DNA of 64,000 bases from Flavobacteriaceae bacterium. Its GTDB lineage: Bacteria; Bacteroidota; Bacteroidia; Flavobacteriales; Flavobacteriaceae. Both the position numbers and the translations under genes were made by a program. Where the stretch lies: NCBI GenBank assembly GCA_947461795.1, contig CANHMG010000001.1:2831-66830 (forward strand), in the 5' to 3' direction. The notes beneath the pieces are model-generated. The model searched no databases. It saw nothing but the letters and a program-made list of their open reading frames with translations, and was not told where the DNA came from. Positions 58,773 through 64,000 of this stretch are shown here, piece by piece; the first letter of the stretch is position 1, and every line of letters begins with the position of its first letter.

Positions 58773-59199
58773 ATTGGATATCAATCTCTTTTTTGGAGTT
58801 TATTTTTAAAATTGTATACGGATAATAGAAGACTTCTTTTTCTACGTTTTGTTTTGTTTTAGGCTCATTGTCTTGTGTTGTAATAATAATTTTAGAAGTG
58901 GTTTCCTCTACTTTTTTAACACCAATAGTATATCCTAAAGTTGTTTTTTCACCCATATTCAATATGATAAAATTGCATGTTTTGGTATCATTTGAATTTA
59001 TTTTATTTTGTAGTAAATCGTCATTTTGAAGCATTTTAATTTCTTTTTCTTCCGAAAGAATTTCAAAAAAACGAATGGAAGCTCCACCCTCTTCTTGTGT
59101 AGTTAAAATTTCAAACAAAGGTTTTGATTCGGTAGTTTTAAGTTTTGAACTACAAGAAATTACAATAAAAAATAAAAATAAAAATAATAACTTTTTCAT
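58771..59199 (-). CDS. Lipoprotein, PrcB-like C-terminal domain
   Basis: Lipobox VISC; MGEKTTLGY and YPYTILKI; probable start MKKLLF. Confidence 0.65.
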   Translation of the reverse strand: MKKLLFLFLFFIVISCSSKLKTTESKPLFEILTTQEEGGASIRFFEILSEEKEIKMLQNDDLLQNKINSNDTKTCNFIILNMGEKTTLGYTIGVKKVEETTSKIIITTQDNEPKTKQNVEKEVFYYPYTILKINSKKEIDIQ

Positions 59200-59218
59200 G
59201 CTAGTTTTCTCAAGGGTT

Positions 59219-60352
59219 TTAAGCATAAATGCTAAGAGCTCTCAGATACAATTCTTCGTATAAAGGCAAAATATTTTGAATATCGAATTGTTTCGCTGTA
59301 GCTAACGCTTTGGCTTTAAATTCGTTTAAAGTATTCGTGTCCCTTAGAATTTTTAAAGCATTTTCAGCCATTTCATTTACATTGCCTACATCGCTTAAAT
59401 ACCCTGAAATTCCATCAAAGTTAACTTCAGGCAAACCCCCTGAATTACTTGAAATTACAGGCACACTTAAAGCCATAGCTTCTAAAGCTGCTAGTCCGAA
59501 GCTTTCTGTTTCAGAAGGCAGTAAAAATAAATCAGAATAACTAAGAATACGATCTATTTCGTTACTATTTCCAAAGAAAATGACTTTGTCTTGAATACCT
59601 AATTCAACGCATAGACGTTCCGCTTTTTCCTTTTCTGGTCCATCGCCAACCATCATTAATTTGGCTGGAATGTGCTGTTGAATTTTATGAAATATCTTGA
59701 TAACATCAGGTATTCTTTTTACTTTTCTAAAATTACTAATATGAGTAACTACTCTTTCGTTTTCTTTAGCAATTATAGAGCGATAACAAGGTATTGAAGA
59801 ATTGTCTATGTTTTTATTGAGTTCAATAAAATTAGGAATTACCTCAATTTCGTTGGTAATTTCAAAAAGTTTTAAAGTTTCTTGTTTCAAACTTTCAGAA
59901 ACAGAGGTTACGATATCCGATTTATTGATGCTGAAAGTAACCGCTGGCTTGTAGAATGGGTGATTCCCAACTAAAGTAATATCGGTCCCGTGAAGTGTTG
60001 TTACCATCGGAATATCAATACCTTCTTCTTTGAGCATTTGTTTTGCCATATATCCCGCATAGGCATGTGGTATGGCATAATGCACATGGAGTAATTCAAT
60101 TTTATACAATTTAACCATGTCTACCAATTTGCTCGATAAAGCCAATTCGTAAGGTTGATAATGAAACAATGGATATTCAGGTACGTTTACTTCGTGATAA
60201 TGTACATTTGGATTTAAAAGCGCTAAACGAACAGGCTGACTATATGTAATAAAGTGAATTTCATGTCCGCGTCGAGCTAATTCTAGTCCAAGTTCTGTAG
60301 CAACTACGCCACTTCCACCAAAAGTTGGATAACAAACAATAGCTATTTTCAT
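59219..60352 (-). CDS. bshA: N-acetyl-alpha-D-glucosaminyl L-malate synthase
   Basis: CYPTFGGSGVVATELG, HVHYAIPHA, TTLHGTDITLVG, ESFGLAALEAM. Confidence 0.93.
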   Translation of the reverse strand: MKIAIVCYPTFGGSGVVATELGLELARRGHEIHFITYSQPVRLALLNPNVHYHEVNVPEYPLFHYQPYELALSSKLVDMVKLYKIELLHVHYAIPHAYAGYMAKQMLKEEGIDIPMVTTLHGTDITLVGNHPFYKPAVTFSINKSDIVTSVSESLKQETLKLFEITNEIEVIPNFIELNKNIDNSSIPCYRSIIAKENERVVTHISNFRKVKRIPDVIKIFHKIQQHIPAKLMMVGDGPEKEKAERLCVELGIQDKVIFFGNSNEIDRILSYSDLFLLPSETESFGLAALEAMALSVPVISSNSGGLPEVNFDGISGYLSDVGNVNEMAENALKILRDTNTLNEFKAKALATAKQFDIQNILPLYEELYLRALSIYA

Positions 60353-60416
60353 AGGAATTTTTTAATGATACGAATTTACTGAAATTAGTATAGCATTATC
60401 TTAAAACTAATGTAAA

Positions 60417-60839
60417 TTATTTTAAGGTGAGAATCAATAAACCACCTATAATCATAGATCCTCCAAGTGCCATTTTCCATGTGAAAATTTCGTTGAGAAA
60501 GAAAATAGAAAGCAATAAAGTAATTACAATACTTCCTTTATCAATTAAAGCAACTTCAGAAACATTCCCTATTTTAATGGCTTTATAATAGAAAATCCAG
60601 GAAAGTGTTGTAGTGAAACCTGAAATACCAAGCAAAATAATATCTTTTTTGGTGAGATTGGTAAAATCTTTTACGGTATTAAATACAAAAACATTCAACC
60701 AAATTAATATAAAAACAAAAGAAGTTCTTACTGCTATCCCAGTATCGCTAGCTACATTTTTTAGTCCAGCTTTAGCTATGACAGAAGTCAACCCAGCAAA
60801 TAACATCGAGATGATTGCGAAGAGTTGGTATTGTTTCAT
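60417..60839 (-). CDS. EamA/DMT family small transporter
   Basis: Five TM segments; AKAGL, SWIFYYKA, VALIDK. Confidence 0.85.
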   Translation of the reverse strand: MKQYQLFAIISMLFAGLTSVIAKAGLKNVASDTGIAVRTSFVFILIWLNVFVFNTVKDFTNLTKKDIILLGISGFTTTLSWIFYYKAIKIGNVSEVALIDKGSIVITLLLSIFFLNEIFTWKMALGGSMIIGGLLILTLK

Positions 60840-60891
60840 GGATTTAAATTAAATATATTCCAAAATAATCCCTGCTCAAATACAATTTATA

Positions 60892-61896
60892 TCATAAAGT
60901 TGTAAACGTTACTTCGTTTCCATAGACTGTACCACCAGCATTAGTAGCAAAAGCTCTTACATAATATATGGTTCCTGGGTCTAAATCTACTAATAAACTA
61001 GTAAAAGGTCCAGTAGTTCCAGGAGAGTCAATTACGTCGTCAAGTGTTGTTGGGTTTGGAGTGATCGAATAACAAATTCCTCTAGCAATAATTGGTTCTC
61101 CACCCGCTGATAACACATTTCCTCCACTGATTGCAGATGTATCAAAAATATCTGTAACAGCTGTAGTAGTTATTGTAGGCAACTCAATTATTGTTGAATC
61201 TAGAGTTATAAAAGTAATCTCATTACCATAACCTGTTCCGTTAGCATTAGTAGCAAAAGCTCTTACATAATAAGTTGTATTTGCTTCTAAATTTACTAAA
61301 GCACTAGTAAAAGGGCCAGTTGATAAAATAGCATCAATTACGTTATCAGTTATAGTTGGATTTGAAGTTGTAGACCAACAAACTCCTCTAGCTAGAATTG
61401 TAGCTCCTCCAGCTGAAGTAATTTCTCCTCCACTTGTTGCAGTTGTTTCAGTAATATCAGTTGCTCCAAAAGTAGTTAGTATGGGTAATGTTATTGCGTT
61501 AGTTGTGGTAGTAAAAGTGACTTCATTTCCATAAACAATTCCAGTGATATTGGATGCATAGGATCTCACATAATATTGAGTGCCAGCTGTTAGTCCAGAT
61601 AAAGTGCAAGTAAATGATCCTAATGCTCCTGGTTTGGAAATTTTAGTATCAGCAATGGTAGGATTAGGAGATATTGAATAACATATACCACGAGATAAGA
61701 TAGTTGCATTTCCTGTAGAGGTAAGAATACCACCACTTATTGCAGTTGTTTGATTGATAAGTGAAATTTCAGAAGTACTAATTGAAGGAGATCCTACTAC
61801 ATTTGCATCTGGATGACTATCATTTGTAGAGCAGGATGAAATAAAAAAATTGAAAATAAACAATAATGAGACGATAGATACTAAATGCTTTTTCAT
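60892..61896 (-). CDS. Lipoprotein made of three FN3-like repeats
   Basis: Lipobox ISSC; three ~100-aa repeats (SGG...RG(I/V)C(Y/W)S...NPT...YYVR...YGNE(V/I)TF). Confidence 0.8.
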   Translation of the reverse strand: MKKHLVSIVSLLFIFNFFISSCSTNDSHPDANVVGSPSISTSEISLINQTTAISGGILTSTGNATILSRGICYSISPNPTIADTKISKPGALGSFTCTLSGLTAGTQYYVRSYASNITGIVYGNEVTFTTTTNAITLPILTTFGATDITETTATSGGEITSAGGATILARGVCWSTTSNPTITDNVIDAILSTGPFTSALVNLEANTTYYVRAFATNANGTGYGNEITFITLDSTIIELPTITTTAVTDIFDTSAISGGNVLSAGGEPIIARGICYSITPNPTTLDDVIDSPGTTGPFTSLLVDLDPGTIYYVRAFATNAGGTVYGNEVTFTTL

Positions 61897-61976
61897 AGAA
61901 ATAACTTATTTTTTTACAAATATAATTGAATTTAAATCAAATATTGAATTAAGAATTAAACAATCAATATCTTAAT

Positions 61977-64000
61977 TTATCTAATTATGGATTCATAAAT
62001 CACTTTCTGAATATCTTCTCTTATATTTTCTTTAGATAGTGTATTTATTGTTGCTTCTGGGAAAGTTCGATTCGATAAAAAAACATAAATCAATTCTTCT
62101 TCTGGGTCTGCCCATGTCATGGTTCCTGTAAAGCCCGTATGTCCAAAACTTGTTAAAGAAGCACAACCACATGTGGGTCCAGCAGTTCCAACAGCTTGTG
62201 GTTTGTCAAAACCAATTCCTCGTCTATTGCCTTCAGCGCAGAAATAACAGGTGTTAAAATCTGTAAATGTTTTTTCGGAAAAGTATTGATGGTTACCATA
62301 ATTGCCTTTTTGAAGATACAATTGCATCATTTTGGCAATATCCATAGCATTGGAAAAAATTCCTGCATGTCCGCCTACTCCTCCTTCCATGGCTGCTTCC
62401 ATATCATGAACATAACCCTGAATTTGCTGATGACGGAAATAAGTATCGATTTCTGTCGGTGGAATACTGTCCTTATCGAATGTATTATTCAAAGGATTGA
62501 AAGTCGTATTGTTCATTCCTAACGATTGATAGAATTGTTCTTTTACTAAATCCTCTAATTTTTTACCTGTAACTTTTTCTAGATAATCTTTCAAAATAAT
62601 AAAAGTAAAATCGCTGTATTTGTATTCTTTTTTTGGTAATAACTTACTATCAACAATCATTTTAATAATCGTGTCATGATAATCATTTCTCATAAATAAA
62701 CTATCCGCCACTTGCTTAGAGAATAGCTCATTAGAGACTTTGCTGTAATATTTAGGCAATGGCATTTTAGCACTATCTAAAGTTGCTTTATAAAACGGAA
62801 TCCACGCCTGAAGTCTCGCATAATGAGATAATAAATCTTTAAATGGAATATCCTGTTTGTCAGAGTTTTTGAATATTAGCAACAATTCTCCCAATGTAGT
62901 TTGCATCGTGATTTTTTGTTGATCGTATTGTTGCATCACATTCGGAAGAGTTGCAATAATCTTAGTCAATGATGCAATATCATAAACAGTTTGATTCTCT
63001 ACTTTTGTTTTGTTTTCGTAGGTAAAATAACCAAATGATTTTTGATAGACAACTTTTCCTTTTCTAGCCACCAATATTTGCATTCCAGGTGTCATTTTTT
63101 TGGTTATTGCATAATTGGCTAAACTTTCTAACTTAGCTAATTTAGAAGAATCCATTCCAACATTTTCGGGTAATGCAAATCCCAATCGATTGGACTTACT
63201 TGTTGTTAAGCCAAAACCTTCTCTAAATTGCTCATTAATAGAAACTGGTAGTTTTCCTTTGGCTTCAATAGCTCCAAAAAGCAATTCAGCAGAAACAGTT
63301 TGAGCAATTTCGCTGTTTTGATAGGAAACGACAACGCCTTCAATGTCATCAAAATATTGAATAGGAATCAAAGAATAAGGTTTGGTAAATACATCTAAAA
63401 CGACCACATTATTCTTAGCAATTTCAGATAACCAAAATAATTCTTTATCATTAAAAGCGTGGCTTTTCCATGCTTTATCAGTTTTGTGAAAGCCAACAAT
63501 CACTTTGGTATACAACACTAACTCTTCATTGAGACAATCAATATCTTCATCTTTCACTTCAACGACATTCGTATATTTTTTTAGAGTGTTTAAAAAGGCA
63601 CTATTCACATCATCACCCAATTTTACATAGGCAATTTTCTCATTTTCTAGATTATTTAATGGAAGAATACTGTCTTTGTTTTTAATAACGGTGATGGCGT
63701 TTTCATAAAGTTCGTATTGCAAAACATCATTCTTCACTGGATTTAAATCAGTATATAAATTTGGTATTGCAATTGGCTTGTAGGAATTCAAACCAGCTTT
63801 GTATTTATACTTTAAAATTTTCTTCACAGAAAAAGCCAATCGTTCTTCTGATATCAAACTATCTTGATACGCCATGCAAATTTTCTCAGCAGCGACAGGA
63901 ACATTTTCAGCACAAAGGAGAATATCATTTCCAGCTAGAAATGCTTCTAAATCGATATCTCCAGGTTCTCTGAAATTTTTTGCGGCTTTCATATTTAAGG
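61977..64000 (-). CDS. GH3 beta-N-acetylglucosaminidase / beta-lactamase-like serine hydrolase fusion; 5' end lies outside the window
   Basis: Frame open to the window edge (..LNMKA), AGNDILL; SxxK (ASLTK), YSD, GHTGFTG. Confidence 0.88.
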   Translation of the reverse strand, partial: LNMKAAKNFREPGDIDLEAFLAGNDILLCAENVPVAAEKICMAYQDSLISEERLAFSVKKILKYKYKAGLNSYKPIAIPNLYTDLNPVKNDVLQYELYENAITVIKNKDSILPLNNLENEKIAYVKLGDDVNSAFLNTLKKYTNVVEVKDEDIDCLNEELVLYTKVIVGFHKTDKAWKSHAFNDKELFWLSEIAKNNVVVLDVFTKPYSLIPIQYFDDIEGVVVSYQNSEIAQTVSAELLFGAIEAKGKLPVSINEQFREGFGLTTSKSNRLGFALPENVGMDSSKLAKLESLANYAITKKMTPGMQILVARKGKVVYQKSFGYFTYENKTKVENQTVYDIASLTKIIATLPNVMQQYDQQKITMQTTLGELLLIFKNSDKQDIPFKDLLSHYARLQAWIPFYKATLDSAKMPLPKYYSKVSNELFSKQVADSLFMRNDYHDTIIKMIVDSKLLPKKEYKYSDFTFIILKDYLEKVTGKKLEDLVKEQFYQSLGMNNTTFNPLNNTFDKDSIPPTEIDTYFRHQQIQGYVHDMEAAMEGGVGGHAGIFSNAMDIAKMMQLYLQKGNYGNHQYFSEKTFTDFNTCYFCAEGNRRGIGFDKPQAVGTAGPTCGCASLTSFGHTGFTGTMTWADPEEELIYVFLSNRTFPEATINTLSKENIREDIQKVIYESIIR

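Noticed and set aside
61977-63200. Antibiotic-resistance beta-lactamase
   Set aside because: The SxxK domain is the C-terminal half of a GH3 fusion, more consistent with cell-wall turnover

Overview
AT-rich Bacteroidota DNA, most likely Flavobacterium: type A and type B T9SS sorting domains, TAnnTTTG -7 promoter boxes, and a bshA/GH3 neighbourhood. It carries about 53 CDS, with no rRNA, tRNA, CRISPR array or transposase seen. Main blocks: (1) a five-gene Pel-like exopolysaccharide operon (1.1-11.0 kb) lacking pelC/D/E, whose last gene appears to fuse a DUF2194 deacetylase, a helical TPR-like scaffold and a beta-barrel-like C-terminus in one lipoprotein; a convergent T9SS-secreted DUF4832 protein shares its 13-bp upstream motif. 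(2) A cNMP-CBS-DUF294 nucleotidyltransferase plus a degenerate DnaQ-like exonuclease. (3) A translationally coupled type III PKS/type II FAS cluster. (4) acs plus an MFS transporter. (5) An eight-gene aromatic catabolic operon (AbmA-like hydroxylase, CoA ligase, thioesterase, nitrilase, gentisate-type dioxygenase, FAH hydrolase, maleate isomerase) that fits a possibly undescribed anthranilate to 5-hydroxyanthranilate to maleamate to fumarate route. (6) A large type B T9SS adhesin and housekeeping genes. Four copies of a structured intergenic repeat (Flavo-1-like) occur, three supplying the TAG stop of the upstream gene. All calls come from motif recognition by eye, without database searches.
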